The notes below the pieces were generated by a model, which was given only the letters and a program-made list of their open reading frames with translations, made no database searches and was not told where the DNA came from. A DNA stretch of 64,000 nucleotides from Eledone cirrhosa (Eukaryota), in assembly GCA_964016885.1 (NCBI GenBank), contig OZ024741.1, positions 271,002,001 to 271,066,000 on the forward strand, written 5' to 3'. This document shows, one piece after another, positions 37,501 through 51,832 of this stretch (positions are counted from its first letter, which is position 1; each line of letters begins with the position of its first letter). The translations under genes and the position numbers were made by a program.

Positions 37501-40500
37501 TGTCCTACTGTAGCCTGCCCTACTGTAGCCTGTACTACTGTAGACTGTACTACTGTAGCCTGTCCTACTGTAGCCTACCCTACTGTAGCCTGTACTACTG
37601 TAGCGTACCCTACTGTAGCCTGTACTACTGTAGCCTGCCCTACTGTAGCCTGTACTACTGTAGCCTACCCTACTGTAGCCTGTCCTACTGTAGCCTACCC
37701 TACTGTAGCCTGTCCTACTGTAGCCTACCCTACTGTAGCCTGCCCTACTGTAGCCTGTACTACTGTAGCCTGTCCTACTGTAGCCTGTACTACTGTAGCC
37801 TACCCTACTGTAGCCTGTCCTACTGTAGCCTACCCTACTGTAGCCTGTCCTACTGTAGCCTACCCTACTGTAGCCTGCCCTACTGTAGCCTGTACTACTG
37901 TAGCCTGTCCTACTGTAGCCTGTACTACTGTAGCCTACCCTACTGTAGCCTGTCCTACTGTAGCCTGCCCTACTGTAGCCTGTACTACTGTAGCCTACCC
38001 TACTGTAGCCTGTCCTACTGTAGCCTGCCCTACTGTAGCCTGCCCTACTGTAGCCTGTACTACTGTAGCCTACCCTACTGTAGCCTGTCCTACTGTAGCC
38101 TGTCCTACTGTAGCCTACCCTATTGTAGCCTACCCTACTGTAGCCTACCCTACTGTAGCCTGTCCTACTGTAGCCTACCCTACTGTAGCCTGCCCTACTG
38201 TAGCCTGTACTACTGTAGCCTGTCCTACTGTAGCCTGTACTACTGTAGCCTACCCTACTGTAGCCTGTCCTACTGTAGCCTGCCCTACTGTAGCCTGTCC
38301 TACTGTAGCCTACCCTATTGTAGCCTACCCTACTGTAGCCTACCCTACTGTAGCCTGTCCTACTGTAGCCTACCCTACTGTAGCCTGTCCTACTGTAGCC
38401 TACCCTACTGTAGCCTACCCTACTGTAGCCTGTCCTACTGTAGCCTGTCCTACTGTAGCCTGTACTACTGTAGCCTGTCCTACTGTAGCCTGTCCTACTG
38501 GAGCCTACCCTACTGTAGCCTGTCCTACTGTTGCCTGTACTACTGTAGCCTACCCTACTGTAGCCTGTACTACTGTAGCCTGTACCACTGTAGCCTGTCC
38601 TACTGTAGCCTACCCTACTGTAGCCTGTACTACTGTAGCCTACCCTACTGTAGCCTGTCCTACTGTAGCCTGTCCTACTGTAGCCTGTCCTACTGGAGCC
38701 TACCCTACTGTAGCCTACCCTACTGTAGCCTGTCCTACTGTAGCCTGTACTACTGTAGCCTACCCTACTGTAGCCTGTACTACTGTAGCCTGTACTACTG
38801 TAGCCTGTCCTACTGTAGCCTACACTACTGTAGCCTGTCCTACTGTAGCCTACCCTACTGTAGCCTGTCCTACTGTAGCCTGTCCTACTGTAGCCTGTCC
38901 TACTGGAGCCTACCCTACTGTAGCCTACCCTACTGTAGCCTGTCCTACTGTAGCCTGTACTACTGTAGCCTACCCTACTGTAGCCTGTACTACTGTAGCC
39001 TGTACTACTGTAGCCTGTCCTACTGTAGCCTACACTACTGTAGCCTGTCCTACTGTAGCCTACCCTACTGTAGCCTGCTCTACTGTAGCCTGTCCTACTG
39101 TAGCCTGCCCTACTGTAGCCTGTACTACTGTAGCCTGTACTACTGTAGCCTACCCTACTGTAGCCTGTACTACTGTAGCCTGTACTACTGTAGCCTGTAC
39201 TACTGTAGCCTACCCTACTGTAGCCTGTACTACTGTAGCCTGTACTACTGTAGCCTACCCTACTGTAGCCTGCCCTACTGTAGCCTGTACTACTGTAGCC
39301 TGTACTACTGTAGCCTGTCCTACTGTAGCCTGTCCTACTGTAGCCTGTACTACTGTAGCCTACCCTACTGTAGCCTACCCTACTGTAGCCTGTACTACTG
39401 TAGCCTGTACTAATGTAGCCTACCCTACTGTAGCCTACCCTACTGTAGCCTACCCTACTGTAGCCTGTACTACTGTAGCCTGTACTACTGTAGCCTACCC
39501 TACTGTAGCCTACCCTACTGTAGCCTACCCTACTGTAGCCTGTACTACTGTAGCCTGTACTAATGTAGCCTACCCTACTGTAGCCTGTCCTACTGTAGCC
39601 TGTCCTACAGTAGACTGTACTACTGTAGCCTGTCCTACTGTAGCCTGCCCTACTGTAGCCTGTACTACTGTAGCCTGTACTACTGTAGCCTACCCTACTG
39701 TAGCCTGTACTACTGTAGCCTGTACTACTGTAGCCTGTACTACTGTAGCCTACCCTACTGTAGCCTGTACTACTGTAGCCTGTACTACTGTAGTTTACCC
39801 TACTGTAGCCTGCCCTACTGTAGCCTGTACTACTGTAGCCTGTACTACTGTAGCCTACCCTACTGTAGCCTGTCCTACTGTAGCCTGTACTACTGTAGCC
39901 TACCCTACTGTAGCCTACCCTACTGTAGCCTGTACTACTGTAGCCTGTACTAATGTAGCCTACCCTACTGTAGCCTACCCTACTGTAGCCTACCCTACTG
40001 TAGCCTGTACTACTGTAGCCTGTACTACTGTAGCCTACCCTACTGTAGCCTACCCTACTGTAGCCTACCCTACTGTAGCCTGTACTACTGTAGCCTGTAC
40101 TACTGTAGCCTACCCTACTGTAGCCTGTCCTACTGTAGCCTGTCCTACAGTAGACTGTACTACTGTAGCCTGTCCTACTGTAGCCTGCCCTACTGTAGCC
40201 TGCCCTACTGTAGCCTGTCCTACTGTAGCCTGTACTACTGCAGCCTGTCCTACTGTAGCCTGTACTACTGTAGCCTACCCTACTGCAGCCTGTCCTACTG
40301 TAGCCTGTCCTACTGTAGCCTGCCCTACTGTAGCCTGTCCTACTGTAGCCTACCCTACTGTAGTCTACCCTACTGTAGCCTGTCCTACTGTAGCCTGTCC
40401 TACTGTAGCCTACCCTACTGTAGCCTGTCCTACTGTAGCCTGTCCTACTGTAGCCTGTCCTACTGTAGCCTGTCCTACTGTAGCCTGTCCTACTGTAGCA

Positions 40501-43500
40501 TACCCTACTGTAGTCTACCCTACTGTAGCCTGTCCTACTGTAGCCTGTCCTACTGTAGCCTACCCTACTGTAGCCTGTCCTACTGTAGCCTGTCCTACTG
40601 TAGCCTGTCCTACTGTAGCCTGTCCTACTGTAGCCTACCCTACTGTAGCTTGTCCTACTGTAGCCTACCCTATTGTAGCCTACCCTACTGTAGCCTGTCC
40701 TACTGTAGCCTGTCCTACTGTAGCCTGTCCTACTGTAGCCTACGCTACTGTAGCGTGTCCTACTGTAGCCTACCCTATTGTAGCCTACCCTACTGTAGCC
40801 TGTCCTACTGTAGCCTGTCCTACTGTAGCCTGTCCTACTGTAGCCTACCCTACTGTAGCCTGTACTACTGTAGCCTACCCTATTGTAGCCTGTCCTACTG
40901 TAGCCTACCCTACTGTAGCCTGTCCTACTGTAGCCTGTCCTACTGTAGCCTGTCCTACTGTAGCCTACCCTACTGTAGCCTGTCCTACTGTAGCCTACCC
41001 TATTGTAGCCTGTACTACTGTAGCCTGTCCTACTGTAGCCTGCCCTACTGTAGCCTACCCTACTGTAGCCTACCCTATTGTAGCCTGTACTACTGTAGCC
41101 TGTCCTACTGTAGCCTGCCCTACTGTAGCCTACCCTATTGTAGCCTGTACTACTGTAGCCTGTCCTACTGTAGCCTGCCCTACTGTAGCCTGTACTACTG
41201 TAGCCTGTCCTACTGTAGCCTACCCTACTGTAGCCTGCCCTACTGTAGCCTGTCCTACTGTAGCCTGTCCTACCGTAGCCTGTCCTACTGTAGCCTACCC
41301 TACTGTAGCCTACCCTACTGTAGCCTACCCTATTGTAGCCTGTACTACTGTAGCCTGTCCTACCGTAGCCTGTCCTACTGTAGCCTACCCTACTGTAGCC
41401 TACCCTACTGTAGCCTACCCTATTGTAGCCTGTACTACTGTAGCCTGTCCTACTGTAGCCTGTCCTATTGTAGCCTACCCTATTGTAGCCTGTACTACTG
41501 TAGCCTGTCCTACTGTAGCCTGCCCTACTGTAGCCTGTACTACTGTAGCCTGTCCTACTGTAGCCTACCCTACTGTAGCCTGCCCTACTGTAGCCTGTCC
41601 TACTGTAGCCTACCCTACTGTAGCCTGTCCTACTGTAGCCTACCCTACTGTAGCCTGTCCTACTGTAGCCTACCCTACTGTAGCCTACCCTACTGTAGCC
41701 TGTACTACTGTAGCCTACCCTACTGTAGCCTACCCTACTGTAGCCTACCCTACTGTAGCCTGCCCTACTGTAGCCTACCCTACTGTAGCCTGTCCTACTG
41801 TAGCCTACCCTATTGTAGCCTACCCTACTGTAGCCTGTCCTACTGTAGCCTACACTAGTGTAGCTGTCCTACTGTAGCCTGTCCTACTGTAGCCTGTAGT
41901 ACTGCAGCCTGTTCTACTGTAGCCTGTACTACTGTAGCCTGCCCTACCGTAGCCTACCCTACTGTAGCCTACCCTACTGTAGCCTGCTCTACTGTAGCCT
42001 GTACTACTGTAGCCTGTCCTACTGTAGCCTGTAGTACTGTAGCCTACCCTACTGTAGCCTACCATACTGTAGCCTGTCCTACTGTAGCCTACCCTATTGT
42101 AGCCTGTCCTACTGTAGCCTGTAGTACTGTAGCCTACCCTACTGTAGCCTACCATACTGTAGCCTGTCCTACTGTAGCCTGTCCTACTGTAGCCTATACT
42201 ACTGTAGCCTGTACTACTGTAGCCTGTCCTACTGTAGCCTACCCTATTGTAGCCTGTACTACTGTAGCATGTCCTACTGTAGCCTACACTACTGTAGCCT
42301 GTCCTACTGTAGCCTACACTACTGTAGCCTGTACTACTGTAGCCTGTCCTACTGTAGCCTGTCCTACTGTAGCCTATACTACTGTAGCCTGTACTACTGT
42401 AGCCTGTCCTACTGTAGCCTGCCCTACTGTAGCCTGTCCTACTGTAGCCTGTACTACTGTAGCCTGTCCTACTGTAGCCTGCCCTACTGTAGCCTGTCCT
42501 ACTGTAGCCTGTACTACTGTAGCCTGTCCTACTGTAGCCTGCCCTACTGTAGCCTGTCCTACTGTAGCCTGTACTACTGTAGCCTGTCCTACTGTAGCCT
42601 GTCCTACTGTAGCCTGTACTACTGTAGCCTGTCCTACTGTAGCCTGCCCTACTGTAGCCTGTACTACTGTATCCTGTCCTACTGTAGCCTGTCCTACTCT
42701 AGCCTGTACTACTGTAGCCTGTCCTACTGTAGCCTACCGTATTGTCGCCTGTACTACTGTAGCCTGTACTAACGTAGCCTGTCCTACTGTAGCCTGTCCT
42801 ACTGTAGCCTGTCCTACTGTAGCCTGTCCTACTGTAGCCTGTACTACTGTAGCCTGCCCTACTGTAGCCTGTCCTACTGTAGCCTGTCCTACTGTAGCCT
42901 GTCCTACTGTAGCCTGAACTACTGTAGCCTGTCCTACTGTAGCCTGCCCTACTGTAGCCTGTCCTACTGTAGCCTACCCTACTGTAGCCTGTCCTACTGT
43001 AGCCTGCCCTACTGTAGCCTGTCCTACTGTAGCCTACCCTACTGTAGCCTGCCCTACTGTAGCCTGTCCTACTGTAGCCTGTACTACTGTAGCCTGTCCT
43101 ACTGTAGCCTGTCCTACTGTAGCCTGTCCTACTGTAGCCTGTCCTACTGTAGCCTACCCTACTGTAGCCTGCCCTACTGTAGCCTGTACTACTGTAGCCT
43201 GTCCTACTGTAGCCTGTCCTACTGTAGCCTGTCCTACTGTAGCCTACCCTACTGTAGCCTATCCTACTGTAGCCTGCCCTACTGTAGCCTGTCCTACTGT
43301 AGCCTACCCTACTGTAGCCTGCCCTACTGTAGCCTGTCCTACTGTAGCCTGTACTACTGTAGCCTGTCCTACTGTAGCCTGTCCTACTGTAGCCTGTACT
43401 ACTGTAGCCTGTACTACTGTAGCCTGTCCTACTCTAGCCTACCCTACTGTAGCCTGTCCTACTGTAGCCTGTCCTACTGTAGCCTGTCCTACTGTAGCCT

Positions 43501-46500
43501 GCCCTACTGTAGCCTGTCCTACTGTAGCCTACCCTACTGTAGCCTGTCCTACTGTAGCCTGTCCTACTGTAGCCTGTCCTACTGTAGCCTACCCTACTGT
43601 AGCCTGTCCTACTGTAGCCTACCCTACTGTAGCCTGCCCTACTGTAGCCTGTCATACTGTAGCCTACCCTACTGTAGCCTGCCCTACTGTAGCCTGTCCT
43701 ACTGTAGCCTACCCTACTGTAGCCTGCCCTACTGTAGCCTGTCCTACTGTAGCCTGTCCTACTGTAGCCTGTCCTACTGTAGCCTACCCTACTGTAGCCT
43801 GCCCTACTGTAGCCTGTCCTACTGTAGCCTGTACTACTGTAGCCTGTCCTACTGTAGCCTGTCCTACTGTAGCCTGTCCTACTGTAGCCTACCCTACTGT
43901 AGCCTGTCCTACTGTAGCCTGTCCTACTGTAGCCTGTCCTACTGTAGCCTACCCTACTGTAGCCTGTCCTACTGTAGCCTACCGTACTGTAGCCTACCCT
44001 ACTGTAGCCTACCCTACTGTAGCCTGTCCTACTGTAGCCTGTACTACTGTAGCCTGCCCTACTGTAGCCTGTCCTACTGTAGCCTGTCTTACTGTAGCCT
44101 ACCCTACTGTAGCCTGTCCTACTGTAGCCTGCCCTACTGTAGCCTGTCCTACTGTAGCCTGTCCTACTGTAGCCTGTCCTACTGTAGCCTGCCCTACTGT
44201 AGCCTGTCCTACTGTAGCCTGTCCTACTGTAGCCTGCCCTACTGTAGCCTGTCCTACTGTAGCCTGTCCTACTGTAGCCTGTCCTACTGTAGCCTGCCCT
44301 ACTGTAGCCTGTCCTACTGTAGCCTGCCCTACTGTAGCCTGTCCTACTGTAGCCTGTACTACTGTAGCCTGTCCTACTGTAGCCTGTCCTACTGTAGCCT
44401 GTCCTACTGTAGCCTACCCTACTGTAGCCTGTCCTACTGTAGCCTGTACTACTGTAGCCTACCCTACTGTAGCCTGCCCTACTGTAGCCTGTCCTACTGT
44501 AGCCTGTCCTACTGTAGCCTGCCCTACTGTAGCCTGTCCTACTGTAGCCTGTCCTACTGTAGCCTGCCCTACTGTAGCCTGTCCTACTGTAGCCTGTACT
44601 ACTGTAGCCTGTCCTACTGTAGCCTGTCCTACTGTAGCCTGTCCTACTGTAGCCTACCCTACTGTAGCCTGTCCTACTGTAGCCTGTACTACTGTAGCCT
44701 ACCCTACTGTAGCCTGCCCTACTGTAGCCTGTCCTACTGTAGCCTGTCCTACTGTAGCCTGTCCTACTGTAGCCTGTCCTACTGTAGCCTGTCCTACTGT
44801 AGCCTGCCCTACTGTAGCCTGTCCTACTGTAGCCTGCCCTACTGTAGCCTGTCCTACTGTAGCCTGTACTACTGTAGCCTGTCCTACTGTAGCCTGTCCT
44901 ACTGTAGCCTGTCCTACTGTAGCCTACCCTACTGTAGCCTGTCCTACTGTAGCCTGTACTGCTGTAGCCTACCCTACTGTAGCCTGCCCTACTGTAGCCT
45001 GTCCTACTGTGGCCTGTCCTACTGTAGCCTGTACTACTGTAGCCTGTACTACTGTAGCCTGTCCTACTGTAGCCTGTCCTACTGTAGCCTGTCCTACTGT
45101 AGCCTGTCCTACTGTAGCCTGCCCTACTGTAGCCTGTCCTACTGTAGCCTGTCCTACTGTAGCCTGTCCTACTGTAGCCTGCCCTACTGTAGCCTACCCT
45201 ACTGTAGCCTGTACTACTGTAGCCTGTCCTACTGTAGCCTGCCCTACTGTAGCCTGTCCTACTGTAGCCTTTCCTACTGTAGCCTACCCTACTGTAGCCT
45301 GTCCTACTGTAGCCTGTACTGCTGTAGCCTGTACTACTGTAGCCTATCCTACTGTAGCCTGTGCTACTGTAGCCTATACTGCTGTAGCCTGCCCTACTGT
45401 AGCCTACCCTACTGTAGCCTGTCCTACTGTAGTCTGTCCTACTCTAGCCTGTCATACTGTAGCCTGTCCTACTGTAGCCTGTCCTATTGTAGCCTACACT
45501 AATGTAGCCTGTACTACTGTAGCCTATACTGCTGTAGCCTGCCCTACTGTAGCCTACCCTACTGTAGCCTGTCTTACTGTAGCCTGTCCTACTGTAGCCT
45601 GTCCTACTGTAGCCTGTACTACTGTAGCCTGTACTACTGTAGCCTGTACTACTGTAGCCTGTCCTACTGTAGCCTGTCCTACTCTAGCCTTTCCTACTGT
45701 AGCCTCTCCTACTCTAGCCTGTCCTACTGTAGCCTGTCCTACTGTAGCCCGTCCTACTGTAGTCTGTCCTACTCTAGCCTGTCCTACTGTAGCTTACACT
45801 AGTGTAGACTGTACTACTCTAGCCTGTACTACTGTAGCCCGTCCTACTGTAGCCGTACTACTGTAGCCTGCCCTACTGTAGTCTGTCCTACTCTAGCCTG
45901 TCCTACTGTAGCCTGTCCTACTGTAGCCTGTCCTACTGTAGTCTGTCCTACTGTAGTCTGTCCTACTGTAGCCTGTCCTACTGTAGTCTGTCCTACTCTA
46001 GCCTGTCCTACTGTAGCCTGTCCTACTGTAGCCTGCCCTACTGTAGTCTGTCCTACTCTAGCCTGTCCTACTGTAGCCTGTCCTACTGTAGCCTGTACTA
46101 CTGTAGCCCGTACTACTGTAGCCTGTACTACTGTAGCCTGTCCTAATGTAGCCTGTACTACTGTAGCCTACCCTACTGTAGCCTGTCCTACTGTAGCCTG
46201 TCCTACTGTAGCCTGTCCTACTCTAGCCTGTCCTACTGTAGCCTGTCCTACTGTAGCCTGCCCTACTGTAGCCTGTCCTACTGTAGCCTGTCCTACTGTA
46301 GCTTGCCCTACTGTAGCCTGTCCTACTGTAGCCTGTCCTACTGTAGCCTGTCGTACTGTAGCCTACCCTACTGTAGCCTGTCCTACTGTAGCCTGTTCTA
46401 CTGTAGCCTGTACTACTGTAGCCTGCCCTACTCTAGCCTGTCCTACTGTAGCCTGTACTACTGTAGCCTGCCCTACTGTAGCCTGGCCTACTGTAGCCTG

Positions 46501-47685
46501 TCCTACTGTAGCCTGGCCTACTGTAGCCTGTCCTACTGTAGCCTGTCCTACTGTAGCCTGCCCTACTGTAGCCTGCTCTACTGTAGTCTGTATTACTGTA
46601 GCCTGTACTACTGTAGCCTACCCTACTGTAGCCTGTCATACTGTAGCCTGTCCTACTCTAGCCTGTCCTACTCTAGCCTGTCCTACTGTAGCCTGTACTA
46701 CTGTAGCCTGTACTACTGTAGCCTACCCTACTGCAGCCTACCCTACTGTAGCCTGTCCTACTGTAGCCTGTCCTACTGTAGCCTGTCCTACTGTAGCCTG
46801 TCCTACTGTAGCCTGTCCTACTGTAGCCTGTCCTACTGTAGCCTGTCCTACTGTAGCCCACCCTACTGTAGCCTGTCCTACTGTAGCCCACCCTACTTTA
46901 GCCTGTCCTACTGTAGCCCACCCTACTGTAGTCTGTACTACTGTAGCCTGTCCTACTGTAGCCTGTCCTACTGTAGCCCACCCTACTGTAGCCTGTCCTA
47001 CTGTAGTCTGTACTACTGTAGCCTGTCCTACTGTAGCCTGTCCTACTGTAGCCCACCCTACTGTAGCCTGTCCTACTGTAGCCCACCCTACTGTAGCCTG
47101 TCCTACTGTAGTCTGTACTACTGTAGCCTGTCCTACTGTAGCCTGTCCTACTGTAGCCCACCCTACTGTAGCCTGTCCTACTGTAGCCTGTCCTACTGTA
47201 GCCCACCCTACTGTAGCCTGTCCTACTGTATGCTCTGTAGCTGGAGATTGTGATGCAAAACACGCTGAGTAGTCATCGGCCCTGTGTACAGTATTACGCT
47301 AGGCAATGAGATACCGGTAGACATATTACCCATGATAATATACAGTATTTATGAGATATAATTTGATGGTACTAAGCTAGTCTGTTAAGTTTAATGGATA
47401 CGACTGAAACAGCAAATGTAAATATTTATAAGAGCCTCACTGCCTTCTTTATGGACTTTGTTATTTACTAGGACGTGTGTTTTGATGAATAGAATCGGTA
47501 ATATTACTGCAATTCATTGTCTTTTGGTTTTTATTCATTTAAACCTCTGCTACTGAGATATGTTACTTTGGATTCTAGCTAGAATTTCAAGCCCCTCAAA
47601 AGTGGTATCCATGTAATAGTCGACCACACAAATTTAACCATAAAATATGTTCTAAAAAATTCGACTTTTACACCAGTTTAAACGG

Positions 47686-47687
<2 letters not shown>
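16564..47687. mobile_element. Tc2/pogo-like (Tc1-mariner superfamily) non-autonomous DNA transposon split by the 15-bp satellite; left arm 16564-16805, right arm 47231-47687
   Basis: Left TATATACTCGAGTTATAGTCGA versus right TCGACTTTTACACCAGTTTAAACGG|TA (reverse complement TA|CCGTTTAAACTGGTGTAAAAGTCGA); both fit a CCGTATATACTCGxGTATAAGTCGA-type TIR; subterminal AGTCGAC-like repeats in both arms; (TA)n on both outer sides. TIRs are imperfect. Confidence 0.6.
16806..47230. repeat. ~30.4-kb tandem array of a 15-bp unit (consensus CCTACTGTAGCCTGT; about 2,000 units) with higher-order repeats
   Basis: Direct reading; near-constant CTACTGTAGCCT core plus a variable triplet (GTC/GTA/GCC/ACC/ACA). 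Confidence 0.98.
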
Positions 47688-48579
<892 letters not shown>

Positions 48580-48965
48580 TCATCATCATCATCAACGTTT
48601 AACGTCCGTGTTCCACGCTTGCATGGGTTTGGACGGGGGTTTTCCCACTTGAGGCAAGAGTGATTGTCTTGCTCGCATAGGACTGTCTGGCAGGTTTTCT
48701 ACAGTTGGATGCCCTTCCTAACACCAACCACATTTACAGTGTGGGTCTGGGAGGTTTTTACCGTGTTGCCTACACGGCCACATTACAGTGTGGACTGTGT
48801 GTTTTTTTGTCGTGACACCTACACGATCTCATTTGTTTCGGCCTGGATGGTGTGGCACCAACATAACTTTACATAGAAGGGGGCGGTGTGGATGGGGTGG
48901 GGTGGTGGGACGGGGGTGTATTTTGTTAGAGATGCCTACTGACTGTAGTAGGTTTTAATTTGTAT

Positions 48966-50223
48966 TTAGGTAAGTCGGGTCTTCTCTATTACTGAGTACC
49001 GCCAAAGGTCTCGATCCAGTGACATTGTCATGGTGAGGTGTAAGTGTGTGAGGTCGGAGTTTATCAGCTCGTCCCAGGTTTTTCTGGGTCTGCCTATTCC
49101 GTGGCTACCGTCTATCTTTATTGCTCTGCACTTTGTTATACAGCTATCGTCCTTCATGCGCATCACGTGACCATACCAACGTAGCCTTCTCTCTAGTAAA
49201 CAACATCTGATCCCTCTTATTTCTAATTTTTTCCTTAGTTCGTTTATGCTTTATCGTTCACGTATATTACTATTACACATCCAGCGGAGCATGCAAGCTT
49301 CGTTTCTCTCTCGTCTGCGTATATCCTCTGCACACAATGCCCAGGTCTCACTGCCATGCAACATTGCTGTTCGTATGCAGGCATCGTACAACCTGCCTTT
49401 CATTTTTAGGGAGAACCCTTTAGCGGCTAATAGTGGTATAAGCTCTCTGAACTTTTTCCACCCAGTTCTGACTCTAGCTACTGTACTTTCAGAGCACCCT
49501 CCCCCACTGCTGATTTTGTCACCCAGGTAACGGAAGCTGTCCACTATTTCTATAGAACCCTCTGTGCAGTTGAAAGAGCTAGTATTTTGTGGGCACATCT
49601 GCGTATAGGAGTTTCCATGGGCAGCCGGTCTTGAACTCCACTGTTATAGCCTGGAGGGCGATAATAAATAGTAGGGGGCTAAGAACAGAGCCCTGATGAA
49701 CACCAACTTTTACACTAAACTCTTCACTATATTCGTTGTTAATTCTAACCTTGCTGACTGTTTCTTGATACATGGCTTGTATAGCTCTCACAAGCCATTC
49801 ATCAACACCTAGTTTTCTAAGAGCCCACCAGATAATGGAACGGGGGACTCTGTCGAAGGCCTTCTCCAAGTCGACGAAAGCTAAGTATAGGGGTTTACTT
49901 TTAGCTAGGTACTTCTCCTGTAGTTGTCGTACAATGAAAAGAGCGTCTGTGGTACTTTTTCCTGACACAAACCCGAACTGCATTTCATCTAGATCAATTC
50001 GCTCTCTGATTAGTTGCGCTATTACTTTTTCCGTGACCTTCATGACCTGGTCGATTAATTTAATGCCTCTATAGTTACTCCTATCTAGGGCATCTCCTTT
50101 ACCCTTATAACAGTTAACGACGATGCTGCTACGCCAGTCCTTCGGAACAACCCCATTCTGTATGACTTGGTTTACTATCCGGGTGACCATGGTGTGTCCC
50201 ACCATTCCAGAAGCTTTCAGCAT
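48966..50223 (-). pseudogene. RTE reverse transcriptase and C-terminus with deletion and frameshifts
   Basis: YKGKGD..NYRGIKL, QFGFVSGKSTTDA, FVDLEKAFDRVPR, GVHQGSVLSPLLF, LLYAD then a jump to EIVDSFRYLGD. Confidence 0.9.
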
Positions 50224-50224
50224 T

Positions 50225-51832
50225 TCAGCAACCTATTTCCGAAGGCCCAGCCGCCTTGCCTGTCTTCATATCTTTGATTGCCTTACTTATTATACTACCC
50301 TCGACTAACACTGCTGGTCCCTCTATTGGGTCGATGTGGGGGAGACTGTCTTTCTCCCATTTATTCTCCTCATTTAGTAGCCTTTCATAGTGACACTTCC
50401 AAGCTACCTTCTTATCGGCGTCGGTGATGGCAAGTACGCCGTCATCGTTAAGTACACACTTCTCCCCGACAATATCACTGTTTTCCTTGACACATTGCCT
50501 AGCAATCCTGAACACCTCACGTTTTTGGTCCTCGCGTTGTAGAACATGCTTGAACTTTCTTTCCTCTGCTTGTCTCCTAGCTTCCCTCCTGGCCACTTGA
50601 TAGTCTTCTCTGCTTCCCCCATCCCGCCATACTTTCCAAGCCTGCTTTTTGGCCTTAATTAACCCCTCCACCTTACTGTTCCACCACCATATTACTCTCC
50701 TCCTGCCTACAGGCCTGCTCCAGCCACAGACTTCGTCTGCCGCCGTCAGCAGGTTTGCTTTCAGGAATTCCCACTGTTCCTCTACCTTGTACGTCTCTAA
50801 TTGCTCTTCCTTACTGTCGAAAAGATCAAGTAATATGCTTTGGAATTTATTTTTGGCTGTGGGGTCCTTTAACTTCCATATTTTTCTCCTGAAGATAGTC
50901 CTCTTCTGTTGTCTAGTAGGTCTCGTCCTGACTATTAGGTCGCTAATTATCAGTCTATGTTGGGAGGTGCATTCTTCATGGGGGAGGGATTTAGTGTTTA
51001 CGACAGTCACTTTGTCACGTCTTCTGGTAAGGATATAATCTACCTGGCTGGTATGTTCCCCTGATCTGTAGGTGATCAAGTGATTGTCTCGTTTTTTGAA
51101 GTTAGTGTTGCAGATAGTTAGGTTATTTGCGTCGCAGAATTCCAGGATTCTGGAGCCTTCCTCATTTCTAGTACCAAACCCATAGCCTCCATGGATTTCG
51201 TCGTAGCCGTCACAATGTTGTCCAACGTGACCGTTTAGGTCGCCTGCAATAATTATATAGTTACTGTCGGTTATTTGGGAGGTAGTGAGCATCAGTGTCT
51301 CATAGAAACTGTCTTTTATAGTGCTGGGCAGTCCGGATTGGGGTGCGTACTCGGATATTACTGTCACCGTAGTTCTATTGAGGACAAGTGTTATTTTAAT
51401 TATTCTGTCGTTCACTCTATTTACGTCTATTATCTTATCTGCCCACTTTTCTGCTACCATGATTCCTATTCCACCCAGCCCATTGTCGTTTCCCACCCAG
51501 AAAAGCTTATAGCATCGTTTTCTACCCACAATGTATCTAGCAGATCCACCACTCCACCTGGTCTCTTGAATACAACAAAGATCGACCTCCTTACGTTCAA
51601 GCATTTCTACAACTTCGTTAGAGCGACCCTTTAAGGTGCCTACATTCAAGGTACCAAATCTGAAGTTTTGGATTGCGTTTGGGGGGTGGGAAAGGTGGGG
51701 GGCGGGGGGAGATGGGGTTATGTTAGCCATCCGCGGCCGAAACAAAGAGGCATGCTCGCATTCTCGTCCACGAGGTGTGTTTGTCTTTAACTTTGGCATT
51801 GTCGCTGAGCGTCCAGATTTTTCTCTCTTCAA
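50225..51832 (-). CDS. RTE ORF N-terminal part: apurinic-like endonuclease and linker
   Basis: GTLNVGTL, CCIQETRW, YAPQ, IIAGDLNGHVG, GFGTRNEEG, TYRSG..SQVDYIL, SQHRLI, KAAGPSEI. Confidence 0.9.
   Translation of the reverse strand: MKREKSGRSATMPKLKTNTPRGRECEHASLFRPRMANITPSPPAPHLSHPPNAIQNFRFGTLNVGTLKGRSNEVVEMLERKEVDLCCIQETRWSGGSARYIVGRKRCYKLFWVGNDNGLGGIGIMVAEKWADKIIDVNRVNDRIIKITLVLNRTTVTVISEYAPQSGLPSTIKDSFYETLMLTTSQITDSNYIIIAGDLNGHVGQHCDGYDEIHGGYGFGTRNEEGSRILEFCDANNLTICNTNFKKRDNHLITYRSGEHTSQVDYILTRRRDKVTVVNTKSLPHEECTSQHRLIISDLIVRTRPTRQQKRTIFRRKIWKLKDPTAKNKFQSILLDLFDSKEEQLETYKVEEQWEFLKANLLTAADEVCGWSRPVGRRRVIWWWNSKVEGLIKAKKQAWKVWRDGGSREDYQVARREARRQAEERKFKHVLQREDQKREVFRIARQCVKENSDIVGEKCVLNDDGVLAITDADKKVAWKCHYERLLNEENKWEKDSLPHIDPIEGPAVLVEGSIISKAIKDMKTGKAAGPSEIGC

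Noticed and set aside
16806-47230. CRISPR-like array (palindromic repeat with a variable part)
   Set aside because: The variable part is only ~3 nt from a few recurring variants; no unique spacers, no cas genes, eukaryotic context.
16761-47263. Long ORFs of (PTVAC)n, (YCSLS)n and (TGYSR)n resembling Cys-rich or RS-repeat proteins
   Set aside because: A 15-bp unit lacking stops in two frames per strand makes them automatic; frequent 1-bp deletions shift frames, both strands are equally open, and there is no unique N- or C-terminus.
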